This document shows, one piece after another, positions 17,998 through 25,905 of a DNA stretch of 64,000 nucleotides. A program made the position numbers and the translations under genes. The DNA is taken from contig JAISBE010000012.1 in assembly GCA_031266365.1 (NCBI GenBank), positions 445 through 64,444 on the forward strand, read 5' to 3'. Under the pieces are notes generated by a model that worked only from the letters and a program-made list of their open reading frames with translations, did no database searches and was not told the origin of the DNA. Each line of letters starts with the position of its first letter. The first letter of the stretch is position 1. This DNA is from Oscillospiraceae bacterium (GTDB lineage: Bacteria > Bacillota > Clostridia > Oscillospirales > Acutalibacteraceae).

Positions 17998-18603
17998 ATG
18001 AACCTTAATTTTCGTAAATTCAAAAGCTCTTTATTAAGCCTCGGCTTAAGCGCTACCGTATCTTTCGGCTTCGGCCTACCCGGCTTCCACGCTTTCGCCA
18101 TTGATCCAATACCGACCACGCGGGGCGCCTGGAGGGCCGCGTTGTTGAGCGTGAGGCGATACCACGAGCCGGGCAAGAGAGGCAACCACGCTGAAAAGGC
18201 CGATACCAAAGCGCGGTGGCTTAGGCTGGTGGCATTGGCGCCCGGGCCCGAAGGCAATGAAATACTTGGTGCGGACACAGGTGTCGTAGAGCTCGGTGAC
18301 GGGTTCATCCTAATAAACTCGCGACTAGTGGCAAAGAACTTGGGGCGAAGTAAATCGTGCGTCAACGGACTCCTGGCGGAGCTAACTTACGAAAGACAAC
18401 CGATAGCTGGTGAGCACAGGCAAGTGTTGCGCGGGCTCACGAAAAAACCTCGTGAGTGGTCTCTGCGCAAAATCAAGCCGCAAGGCGCGCAGGACGGGGG
18501 CCGAGCCACGACCCACTCGCCCGATACTAGACCTTTCAACCCTGATCAGGACGGCGCGCCTACATGGGATCCTGTCGATGACTGCGACTTTGATGAGATC
18601 TGA
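17998..18603 (+). CDS. cassette protein U6
   Basis: MNLNFRKFKSSLLSLGLSATVSFGFGLPGFHAFA|IDP... Contains LVAKNLGRSKSCVNGLLAELTY...PREWSLRKI. Tail WDPVDDCDFDEI. Confidence 0.7.
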   Translation: MNLNFRKFKSSLLSLGLSATVSFGFGLPGFHAFAIDPIPTTRGAWRAALLSVRRYHEPGKRGNHAEKADTKARWLRLVALAPGPEGNEILGADTGVVELGDGFILINSRLVAKNLGRSKSCVNGLLAELTYERQPIAGEHRQVLRGLTKKPREWSLRKIKPQGAQDGGRATTHSPDTRPFNPDQDGAPTWDPVDDCDFDEI

Positions 18604-18611
18604 ACAGTCTT

Positions 18612-18633
18612 AATCGGGGGTACCCCCACGATT
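18612..18633 (+). repeat. cassette 3' palindrome after U6
   Basis: AATCGGGGGTACCCCCACGATT followed by CTTCACACCCCACCGCATTTAATTTCAAC. Confidence 0.7.
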
Positions 18634-18705
18634 CTTCACACCCCACCGCATTTAATTTCAACAGAAAATTGTTATAATTTATAAAAAAATGAAAGGAAGT
18701 TACAC

Positions 18706-19860
18706 ATGAAACTTAATTTTCGTAAACTTAAAAACTCCTTATTAAGCCTCGGCTTAAGTGCTACCTTATTTTGCACCGCCGGCCTCGCCGGCTTACCCGT
18801 TTTCGCCGAGGGACCTGCCACAATGGATGAGTGGCGCGAAGCGATACTACGCATCCTGGCCGGGATGCCAGAGTACTCTGCGCGGGGGAAGGACGCAGAA
18901 GCCCGCACATCCACTCTGTTGCACAACCAACTGGCAGTGAGCCGACAAGCACTAGCAAACGGCGTGAAACCACCCCTGCAACCAGTGGAAGGGGGGTTCA
19001 CGATCCACTTGTCGGCATTCGCGAGATACACCGGCATTACCGAACGCCAAGTGGAAAGGCAGCTAGTACGCGGAGGGGCACACTTAGCCGGGCGTGGTGA
19101 TGGCTACTGGAGCTGGTACACACTAGTGTCGGTGGACGACGGTGCAGGTCGCGCGGAAGGCGACATAGTTGAAGCCACCGCCGTTCCTCCCATGGTTGAC
19201 GATCGTGGCCAATTGGAAGTCCAGGTAATAGAAAAATACAAGAAGCTGGAACCAAATTTAGCACTACGCAAGACCGCACGGGGAGAGAACCACCGTCAGT
19301 GGCTGAGAGATTTAATCACGATATCGGAAGAAACCCTCGAGCATGGACAGCCGGACCTAGCGACCGTCGTATTACTGGGCGACGGAACCTCCCTCGCTGT
19401 AAACGCGGGCGCGTTGAGGCGTTTGACTGGTATCTGCAAATCGGCGACGAATTACCGCTTACAAGCCGAGGGACTCCACAAACGCAGCTTAGCGGACGCC
19501 AGCGAGCTGGACGCACGCTTTGGGAGACCATTAGGTTTAGCGGACCGCCGGCACTGGGAAGTCTGGACACCCACCCCGCCCGCTGCGATCGACTATTCTG
19601 AAAAAGATAATCCCTGGTTAACCAGGGCCTTTACGGCCGCGAACTGGTCGCGCCGACCCGGGGAACAACCAGCCATCGCGAGAGGGACGGACGGCAAAAC
19701 CCTATGGGTACGGGTCGAGGAGCTCAGCCGAAAATTAGACACAACGGATCTTGACGTTATGAGGCACCTTGAAAACTTGGGGTACCGGCTCACGGGAACT
19801 AAACAGTGCCGGCTCGCCACAGGTGAAGAAGTGGCATTGACGATCTGGGCACAGCGTTAA
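18706..19860 (+). CDS. cassette protein U7 (largest, about three internal HTH-like repeats)
   Basis: MKLNFRKLKNSLLSLGLSATLFCTAGLAGLPVFA|EGP... 384 aa. Three segments of the form hydrophobic strand, helix, turn, helix: FTIHLSAFARYTGITERQVERQL, SLAVNAGALRRLTGICKSATNYRL and TLWVRVEELSRKLDTTDLDVMRHL. Confidence 0.7.
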   Translation: MKLNFRKLKNSLLSLGLSATLFCTAGLAGLPVFAEGPATMDEWREAILRILAGMPEYSARGKDAEARTSTLLHNQLAVSRQALANGVKPPLQPVEGGFTIHLSAFARYTGITERQVERQLVRGGAHLAGRGDGYWSWYTLVSVDDGAGRAEGDIVEATAVPPMVDDRGQLEVQVIEKYKKLEPNLALRKTARGENHRQWLRDLITISEETLEHGQPDLATVVLLGDGTSLAVNAGALRRLTGICKSATNYRLQAEGLHKRSLADASELDARFGRPLGLADRRHWEVWTPTPPAAIDYSEKDNPWLTRAFTAANWSRRPGEQPAIARGTDGKTLWVRVEELSRKLDTTDLDVMRHLENLGYRLTGTKQCRLATGEEVALTIWAQR

Positions 19861-19988
19861 GAACGAAGTTGCACCCCCCGACGACCGCCCCTGGAGCCAG
19901 CGGTGGTGCCTTGGACCCGGCAAATCAGCTTGGGTTCTTCGAACATCAAGACAACGGAAATTCTCAATGAGCCTTGGCATTAAAAAAT

Positions 19989-20014
19989 CTTACCCGGGGG
20001 TGCATCCTCCGATT
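19989..20014 (+). repeat. degenerate cassette 3' element after U7 (first of two)
   Basis: CTTACCCGGGGGTGCATCCTCCGATT followed by CTTAACATCCCACCACATTTAATTTAAG. Recognisably homologous to the tail block but decayed. Confidence 0.5.
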
Positions 20015-20097
20015 CTTAACATCCCACCACATTTAATTTAAGACGACCACACACACCTGGTACGGCGAGGCGCGTGAACGGTGAGATGAAATATCGA

Positions 20098-20118
20098 AAT
20101 CGAGGGTTACCCCCGATT
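20098..20118 (+). repeat. cassette 3' palindrome (second copy after U7, precedes the U8 head)
   Basis: AATCGAGGGTTACCCCCGATT followed by CTTCACGCCCCACCGCATTTAATTTAAATAAAAAATT. Confidence 0.65.
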
Positions 20119-20190
20119 CTTCACGCCCCACCGCATTTAATTTAAATAAAAAATTATTATAATTTACAAAAACATGAAAGGAAGTTACAT

Positions 20191-20952
20191 ATGAAACTTA
20201 ATTTTCGTAAACTCAAAAACTCCTTATTAAGCCTCGGCTTAAGCGCCACCTTATTTTGCAGCTCCGGCCTGGCCAGCTTACCCGTTTTTGCTGAACCTGT
20301 AGTACTATCTGCTCTCAATATGCGTCTAGACGAAAAGAAGAAGCACTGGAGCGACTTTGACGTGGATAGCATGGTGAACACTGAACTGACATATACAGAG
20401 GAGCTGTTAGCCCATGGGGCAGTTGATGAAAAAGGTATGTGGAGTCCCGGTGAAGGGCACCTCGCCGTCGTATACGTAGGTTCTGGAGTTGTCGCAATTA
20501 AGATACAGACGTTATCAAAAAGGGCGGACAGAGCTAAAAGTCGATTAAACAAGGTACTTGCTTCTGCAGGTTATACCCCTTTAACACCGACTGAGGGTCA
20601 CAAGCACATCCTAGCGTCACGACTAAAAGTAAACCCACATGACAGATCTTTAGTGTCCTGGTCGTTCCGAATCAAACCGGATCGCCGCGCGGACGCAGAC
20701 AGGGCATCTAGTGACGCTGAGGCTACGGATGACCCTGCATTACAATTCCCAAGATTAGCAGAGGAACCAGCAGATGCTATGATTTTTTCCAGAATGCAAG
20801 GCGAAGCTACACAGCACGTCTTGCAATTTGGCCAGGGTGATTTAAGGCCGCACCCGGCCAAATTTGTTGCACCAGCTTCTGAGGACCGGATTATTGTTAG
20901 ATGCAGTAAAGACAGGATCCCCGAATGCGCATGCTGCTATCGCGTTGACTGA
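20191..20952 (+). CDS. cassette protein U8 (terminal, less GC-rich, no conserved tail element)
   Basis: MKLNFRKLKNSLLSLGLSATLFCSSGLASLPVFA|EP... The body is visibly less GC-rich than U1-U7. The array ends without the palindrome block. Confidence 0.65.
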   Translation: MKLNFRKLKNSLLSLGLSATLFCSSGLASLPVFAEPVVLSALNMRLDEKKKHWSDFDVDSMVNTELTYTEELLAHGAVDEKGMWSPGEGHLAVVYVGSGVVAIKIQTLSKRADRAKSRLNKVLASAGYTPLTPTEGHKHILASRLKVNPHDRSLVSWSFRIKPDRRADADRASSDAEATDDPALQFPRLAEEPADAMIFSRMQGEATQHVLQFGQGDLRPHPAKFVAPASEDRIIVRCSKDRIPECACCYRVD

Positions 20953-21095
20953 TGTAAAGTTAAAATATACAGCTCCTTTGCTTTTTGATGCCACCTGAAT
21001 AATTATTATGTGATTTTCAAAATTTTAAGTTGCACGACCAGCCATAAGTATGACGGATTTTGCGAAGGTCGATATTATTAACTCACCTAGTCTTC

Positions 21096-21124
21096 TTGAT
21101 GTTTTTGCAAAAATATGTTATAAT
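21096..21124 (+). promoter_or_regulatory. promoter candidate for galU (extended -10)
   Basis: TTGATG (21096-21101), 17-nt spacer ending in TGT, TATAAT (21119-21124). Confidence 0.4.
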
Positions 21125-21159
21125 AATATATGTAAATCAAAATAATTTAGGAGAAATAA

Positions 21160-22029
21160 ATGCAGATCAAAAAAGCCGTCATACCCGCCGCCGGTCTTGG
21201 AACACGAGTTTTACCTGCAACAAAAGTCATGCCAAAAGAAATGCTCCCGATCGTGGACAAGCCTGCCATTCAATACATAGTAGAAGAAGCGGTGGCATCA
21301 GGAATCGAAGATATATTAATTATCACAAGTCGTGGCAAAGACTTGATAGAAGACCACTTTGATAAAACTCCAGAATTAGAAAGCCGCCTATATGGAACCC
21401 AAAAATATAAGCTTCATCAAGATATCCTCGATATTTCAAATCTTGCAAATATATATTTTCTTCGCCAAAAAGAAGCAAAAGGGTTGGGGCATGCCGTTTT
21501 ATGCGCGCGATCATTCGTGGGAAATGAGCCTTTCGCCGTTTTATATGGAGATGACGTAATCATTGGCGAAAAGCCCGTTACCAAGCAACTAATGGAAGTT
21601 TACGAAAAATTCGAGCGCGGTGTTTTAGGCGTTAAAAAGGTCTCCAGTGACGTTATTCAAAACTACAGTTCAATAAAAATAGACCCAATATATGACAATA
21701 TTTATAGTTGTACAGATATGATCGAAAAGCCCTCCAAAGATCAGGTCTTATCGCTCTATTCCATCTTGGGACGCTGCATACTTCCACCTGAGATATTTGA
21801 AGTATTAGAAAATACAAAGCCGGGCCGCGGTGACGAGATTCAATTAACCGATGCCATGTGCATTATAGCGCAAAGCACCGGTTTTATGGCAGTGGATTTT
21901 ATTGGCAAACGTTACGATATGGGAGATAAATTAGGCATAATGAAAGCTTCTGTTGAAACCGCTCTAACTCATCCAGAAATTGGAGAAAGCTTTAGAGGAT
22001 ATCTAAAGAAAGTTTGCATGAATTTATAA
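21160..22029 (+). CDS. galU: UTP--glucose-1-phosphate uridylyltransferase
   Basis: KAVIPAAGLGTRVLPATKVMPKEMLPIVDKPAIQYIVEEA, the canonical GalU N-terminus. 289 aa. Confidence 0.9.
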   Translation: MQIKKAVIPAAGLGTRVLPATKVMPKEMLPIVDKPAIQYIVEEAVASGIEDILIITSRGKDLIEDHFDKTPELESRLYGTQKYKLHQDILDISNLANIYFLRQKEAKGLGHAVLCARSFVGNEPFAVLYGDDVIIGEKPVTKQLMEVYEKFERGVLGVKKVSSDVIQNYSSIKIDPIYDNIYSCTDMIEKPSKDQVLSLYSILGRCILPPEIFEVLENTKPGRGDEIQLTDAMCIIAQSTGFMAVDFIGKRYDMGDKLGIMKASVETALTHPEIGESFRGYLKKVCMNL

Positions 22030-22112
22030 TCACCCATATAGCAAAATTGAGTATATAAATAAAAAGAAATTTAACTGCACAGCTGGGTTTGCTTGCAAAA
22101 GGAGGTAAATGC

Positions 22113-22271
22113 ATGCTCACCGATTGCATTATAGCCGCCATTGCAGTAGCATTCGTAGTTATCCCCATTTATAAAGGCATTATGCATAAAAATGAAAATA
22201 AATTTTGCAGAAATTGCAAATGCAGTAGCTGCGAATTTTGTACTATCTCAGATAATAAAAATAAACTTTGA
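22113..22271 (+). CDS. small Cys-rich membrane protein (FeoB-associated Cys-rich family-like)
   Basis: AAAGGAGG RBS, then MLTDCIIAAIAVAFVVIPIYKG (one TM helix), then CRNCKCSSCEFC. Confidence 0.4.
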   Translation: MLTDCIIAAIAVAFVVIPIYKGIMHKNENKFCRNCKCSSCEFCTISDNKNKL

Positions 22272-22301
22272 GAGTACATTTTGCCTTTTTCCAAGCTATT
22301 T

Positions 22302-22964
22302 TTATAAATAAACCTGCTTCGCAAAAACTGGAGGTCCAGAAAGCAGATACATCTGATCGGAAAGCAATTTTCCATGATATACATCATGTGTCACGATTAT
22401 AGTTATGATATTTTTTGCGTTTTCTTTAATTAATTTAACAATTTTTCTTTTTAAAGTTAAATCCAATCCCACAAACGGCTCATCCAACAGAAGAATATCT
22501 TTTGGAGAAGCCAGCGCTCGAGCGATAGAAACTAACTGCTGCATACCACCGCTTAGATTTTCAACTTTTTGATCACAATATTCGTTTAATCCCATTAATT
22601 TCAGCCATTTTTTCGCTTGTGATTTTTTGTAATCGTCACTTATGCTTTTCCAAATTTCTCGCATTGAAAATTTCTCTATTTGAGGATTTTTCCCTATTAC
22701 ACACGCGATATTTTTCTCTGCTGTTTCCGAAAGCAAAAGCCTTTTATCTTGAAAAACGCAAGAAATTCGCTTACCCTTAACTCCATCAATAGTTCCATAA
22801 TCTGGCATATAAATACCCATAATCAGATTTAGAATTGTAGTTTTTCCTATGCCAGAACGTCCATTTAAAAAAATTATTTTAGAATTTTCAAAGCATATTG
22901 AAAAATCAGCTAAGATTTTTTTTCCACCAAAAGCTTTCACAACATGATTTATATGAATCGCCAT
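22302..22964 (-). CDS. ABC transporter ATP-binding protein (NitT/TauT-type importer)
   Basis: Walker A GRSGIGKTT, signature LSGGMQQ, Walker B LLLDEP. Forms an operon with the permease and binding protein upstream. Confidence 0.85.
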   Translation of the reverse strand: MAIHINHVVKAFGGKKILADFSICFENSKIIFLNGRSGIGKTTILNLIMGIYMPDYGTIDGVKGKRISCVFQDKRLLLSETAEKNIACVIGKNPQIEKFSMREIWKSISDDYKKSQAKKWLKLMGLNEYCDQKVENLSGGMQQLVSIARALASPKDILLLDEPFVGLDLTLKRKIVKLIKENAKNIITIIVTHDVYHGKLLSDQMYLLSGPPVFAKQVYL

Positions 22965-23049
22965 TGAAATTTCTCCTATTTTTCCAAATAATCAAAAAAA
23001 TATTTAACATGGAAAAATTAAAAATACAGCTACTAAATTAATTTCCGTA

Positions 23050-23874
23050 TCAAGCATAATTTCTAAAAATTCCTTTTAATACGATTTTCTCTAAAATTGA
23101 GCTAAAAAAAGCGATAATTATAGTCCACGCAAACAGGTTTATTGTATTCAGATGAACCTGCGAAAAATATATTTCCATCCCTATTGAATTTCTGCTGTTA
23201 CTTATAACTTCCGCTGAAATGCCAGATTTCCAAGCAAGACCAATTCCACTCACACAAGACGAGAAAAAATGCGGTTTTATAGCGGGAAAGTAAATCATTT
23301 TCATTTTGTTCCAGCGACTAAAACGAAAAACTTTACTCATTTCAATCAGATTTGGCTCAACCGATGCCACTCCTTTTAAGATATTACTATATAATATTGG
23401 AAATGCGATCAAAAACGATATAAAAGATGGAATCCAAAAAGATGGAACCCAAATTAAAGCTAAAATAATAAAACAAGCTATTGGAGTCGTTTTGATTATG
23501 TGAATCAGTGGATTTAAAAAATATTTTATAAATTTAGATAAGTTTGTTACAAACGCAATTGTAATTGAAAATACGATTGCTAGAAAAAATCCACATAAAG
23601 TCCTCAAAGTAGATATAAAAATTTTGGGCCAAGCTGTGCAAGAGATAAAAATCAAGTCTATTATTTTACAAAACACAGAATAAGGATTTGCGATAATAAT
23701 ATCATTATTCACAGAAAGGTAAAATATTTGCCATAAAATAACCCAAATAATTAATAAAATCATCTGTTGGGCGAAATTCCACAATTTTGATTTGTATTTA
23801 TTATTAAGCTTTATTGAGTTTGTGAATTTTTTTTTAATTATTTTAAGCAACAAATTTACTGTAGAATTCTTCAT
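23050..23874 (-). CDS. ABC transporter permease (NitT/TauT family-like)
   Basis: 274-aa multi-TM ORF between the substrate-binding and ATPase genes. It overlaps the upstream gene end. Confidence 0.75.
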   Translation of the reverse strand: MKNSTVNLLLKIIKKKFTNSIKLNNKYKSKLWNFAQQMILLIIWVILWQIFYLSVNNDIIIANPYSVFCKIIDLIFISCTAWPKIFISTLRTLCGFFLAIVFSITIAFVTNLSKFIKYFLNPLIHIIKTTPIACFIILALIWVPSFWIPSFISFLIAFPILYSNILKGVASVEPNLIEMSKVFRFSRWNKMKMIYFPAIKPHFFSSCVSGIGLAWKSGISAEVISNSRNSIGMEIYFSQVHLNTINLFAWTIIIAFFSSILEKIVLKGIFRNYA

Positions 23875-24838
23875 CCGGCAAACTGCCCCCTACAGATTCA
23901 GGGTTTAAGCTGTGTAAAATCTGTAAAAATCCTTTCATGCTCTGTCTCACATTGAACAACGAATTTATACCGCATAAAGGAATTGCTTTAACGGCAATAT
24001 CTTTTTCCATGACGTTATATTTTTCACAAAGCAAAGCCGAAGCTTCTAAATCCTCATTTACAAATGAAAATGATTTTTCATAAAGCTTCAAAAATTTCTC
24101 CACTTCAGTGTCATTATTTATAAAGTCAACACTGGCGGTTAAACATCCCATAGGTGGCTCTGCTCCATTTATATCTTTCCATTCTTTGGTAATATTAACA
24201 GTCTTGCTTATAGAAGAATCTTTAAAAAGCACCTCTGTTGCGAATGGTTCCGGTAATAAAGCACAATCGCATTTCCCCGCTAACAACAACGAAGCAACCT
24301 GAGCATGACTTGATATATACTCAAGTTTTATATCAGAATCATTTAAGATATTGTGGTTTTGCAGTATATGTAAAAATATATATTCCGGAGCTGCGCCTTT
24401 TCCAGCCAAATAAAGAGTTTTGCCTTTAAAATCTTCAAGCGAATTTAAATTGCCATCTTTTGAAAGGATAAACAAGCTTCCCGATGCCCCTGACGCGATA
24501 ACTTTTATTTTACGTTGAGTTTTATGATATAAAATAGAAGCTAAATTTAACGGAATCGCTGCAGCATCTATTTCTTTTTTGATAATTTTACTGACTATCT
24601 CCTCAGGACTATTGTACATAGATATATGATAATTATATTTTCCTGCATCTTCCATGAGTTTTAGCATTGTTATTGCACTGGGACCACGTAAGCATGCGAT
24701 CTTTATTTTATTTAATTGTGTATTTTCAACATTTTTTTGACATGCTATTAAAATAAAAGATAATAAAATAGCAATCGTTAAAACTTTATATAAATTAATC
24801 CTCAACTTGCGGTTCAAAATCACATTGACAGTGTTCAT
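23843..24838 (-). CDS. ABC transporter substrate-binding lipoprotein (NMT1/SsuA-like)
   Basis: Start trimmed to MNTVNVILNRKLRINLYKVLTIAILLSFILIAC (lipobox LIAC). A TTG about 30 nt downstream is an alternative start. The family call is tentative. Confidence 0.65.
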   Translation of the reverse strand: MNTVNVILNRKLRINLYKVLTIAILLSFILIACQKNVENTQLNKIKIACLRGPSAITMLKLMEDAGKYNYHISMYNSPEEIVSKIIKKEIDAAAIPLNLASILYHKTQRKIKVIASGASGSLFILSKDGNLNSLEDFKGKTLYLAGKGAAPEYIFLHILQNHNILNDSDIKLEYISSHAQVASLLLAGKCDCALLPEPFATEVLFKDSSISKTVNITKEWKDINGAEPPMGCLTASVDFINNDTEVEKFLKLYEKSFSFVNEDLEASALLCEKYNVMEKDIAVKAIPLCGINSLFNVRQSMKGFLQILHSLNPESVGGSLPDEEFYSKFVA

Positions 24839-25238
24839 GAATACACCCACAATTTTTATCACAAATCGAATTAAAATCAAATTCCAAACCTTCACCGCAA
24901 TTTGGGCAATCAATTGGGCTTTTTAATAATACATCCTTGGAAAGACAAATAATTTTTTCGCAATTTGGACAAGGTATTTCGTAAAATGAATCAGAATTTT
25001 TTTCGCCTACGTCATTATCATCGTAATAGTCCTCTTCCAAAACACAGAGATTTTCATCTATTTCATCAACCTGATCCTTTAGATCACTATGACTTTGTTC
25101 TAGCTCAGAAACTTCCAAAGTTATGTCATCTAATAAATCGATTATCTCTTTTAAAACCTTATTTTCTGATTTTGTTTCGTCCAGCTGCAGCCCTTGAAAT
25201 AAACCTTTAATATAAGCCGATTTTTCAGTAACTGTCAT
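24795..25238 (-). CDS. acidic coiled-coil plus zinc-ribbon protein
   Basis: 147 aa with CPNC...CPNC plus a C-terminal Cys/His cluster CDKNCGCIHEHCQC. Very acidic central segment. Confidence 0.5.
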   Translation of the reverse strand: MTVTEKSAYIKGLFQGLQLDETKSENKVLKEIIDLLDDITLEVSELEQSHSDLKDQVDEIDENLCVLEEDYYDDNDVGEKNSDSFYEIPCPNCEKIICLSKDVLLKSPIDCPNCGEGLEFDFNSICDKNCGCIHEHCQCDFEPQVED

Positions 25239-25320
25239 ATCTTTTTATCTCCTCAATTATTTTTTTATAGAGCTGTCTTAAAAGCTAAGTAAATTCAAAA
25301 CCACGTTAAAATTTCTGTAC

Positions 25321-25878
25321 CTACGCTCGCTCCATATATTCACCGGTTCGTGTATCCACACGAATAACTTCATCTTGATCGATGAACAAAGGAACGCGAA
25401 TTTGTGCCCCCGTTTCCAATATTGCTGGTTTTGTTGCATTTGTGGCCGTATCACCTTTGAATCCTGGGTCGGTTTCTACTATTTTAAGCTCAACGAAAAA
25501 AGGAGGTTCCACACCAAAAACGTTACCTTTGTGAGACAAAACTTTACACTCCATATTTTCTTGCACAAATTTAAAATTATCGGATAAAACGTTTTTATTA
25601 ATCGGCAATTGCTCATATGTTTCGTTATCCATAAAATAATAGAGATTACCGTCATTGTAAAGATATTGCATGGTTTTGCGTTCCACATAGGCAGGCGGAT
25701 ATTTATCGTTGGGGTTAAAAGTTTTCTCGATAACACTACCCGTAATCACATTTTTTAATTTTGTCCTGACAAACGCCGCGCCTTTTCCTGGCTTAACGTG
25801 TTGAAATTCTATAATAGAAAAAACATTGCCATCCATCTCAAAAGTCACGCCATTTCTAAATTCACCTGCTGATATCAT
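25321..25878 (-). CDS. efp: elongation factor P
   Basis: [47 protein letters not shown]. 185 aa. Confidence 0.95.
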   Translation of the reverse strand: MISAGEFRNGVTFEMDGNVFSIIEFQHVKPGKGAAFVRTKLKNVITGSVIEKTFNPNDKYPPAYVERKTMQYLYNDGNLYYFMDNETYEQLPINKNVLSDNFKFVQENMECKVLSHKGNVFGVEPPFFVELKIVETDPGFKGDTATNATKPAILETGAQIRVPLFIDQDEVIRVDTRTGEYMERA

Positions 25879-25905
25879 GTGATTTCCTCCTGAATTTCAC
25901 CCATA

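Larger units (their letters stand above)
13881..20952 (+). repeat. tandem array of 8 secreted-protein cassettes (conserved AT-rich head and tail, GC-rich variable body)
   Basis: The head TTATAATTTATAAAAACA(T/C)GAAAGGAAGT...ATGAA(C/A)(C/A)TTAATTTTCGTAAACT(T/C)AAAAACTC(C/T)TTATTAAGCCTCGGCTTAAG recurs 8 times, with U5 and U6 carrying a few extra substitutions (for example TTTTGT in U5, TTCAAAAGC in U6). The tail ...AATCGGGGGTACCCCCCGATTCTTCACACCCCACCGCATTTAATTTAAATAAAAAATT recurs 7 times plus one degenerate copy. Confidence 0.9.

Noticed and set aside
13888-20552. Long antisense (- strand) ORFs across the cassette array, for example 13888..14223, 14578..15090, 15348..15695, 17964..18365, 18672..19037 and 20157..20552. 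Many share a C-terminus ...QNKVALKPRLNKEFLSLRKL.
   Set aside because: GC-rich DNA is poor in stop codons, so long shadow ORFs are expected. The shared C-terminus is simply the reverse complement of the conserved signal-peptide head. These ORFs have no RBS or consistent starts. By contrast, the + strand ORFs have an RBS, a signal peptide and fill each cassette.
13881-20952. Interpreting the array as CRISPR, an integron cassette array or a diversity-generating retroelement target.
   Set aside because: The repeats are about 200 bp and the 'spacers' are 0.5-1.1-kb protein-coding ORFs, so it is not CRISPR. No integrase, attI or attC R'/R'' consensus (GTTRRRY) is visible, and every cassette has its own promoter-like head, so it is not a classical integron. 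No reverse transcriptase or template repeat is present in the window, so a DGR is unsupported. A cassette-exchange mechanism of another kind remains possible.
13881-20952. GC-rich segments as assembly contamination or chimeras from a high-GC organism.
   Set aside because: The GC-rich bodies are joined in frame to the AT-rich head at eight independent junctions and to the conserved tail at seven. The array is flanked by recO and galU. A mis-assembly would not reproduce that pattern. Read-level confirmation is still recommended.
21060-21362. 100-aa ORF overlapping the galU promoter and 5' end in another frame.
   Set aside because: It is explained by galU, which has a strong family match and an RBS GGAGAAATAA before the ATG. 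The overlapping ORF has an implausible basic, low-complexity sequence.
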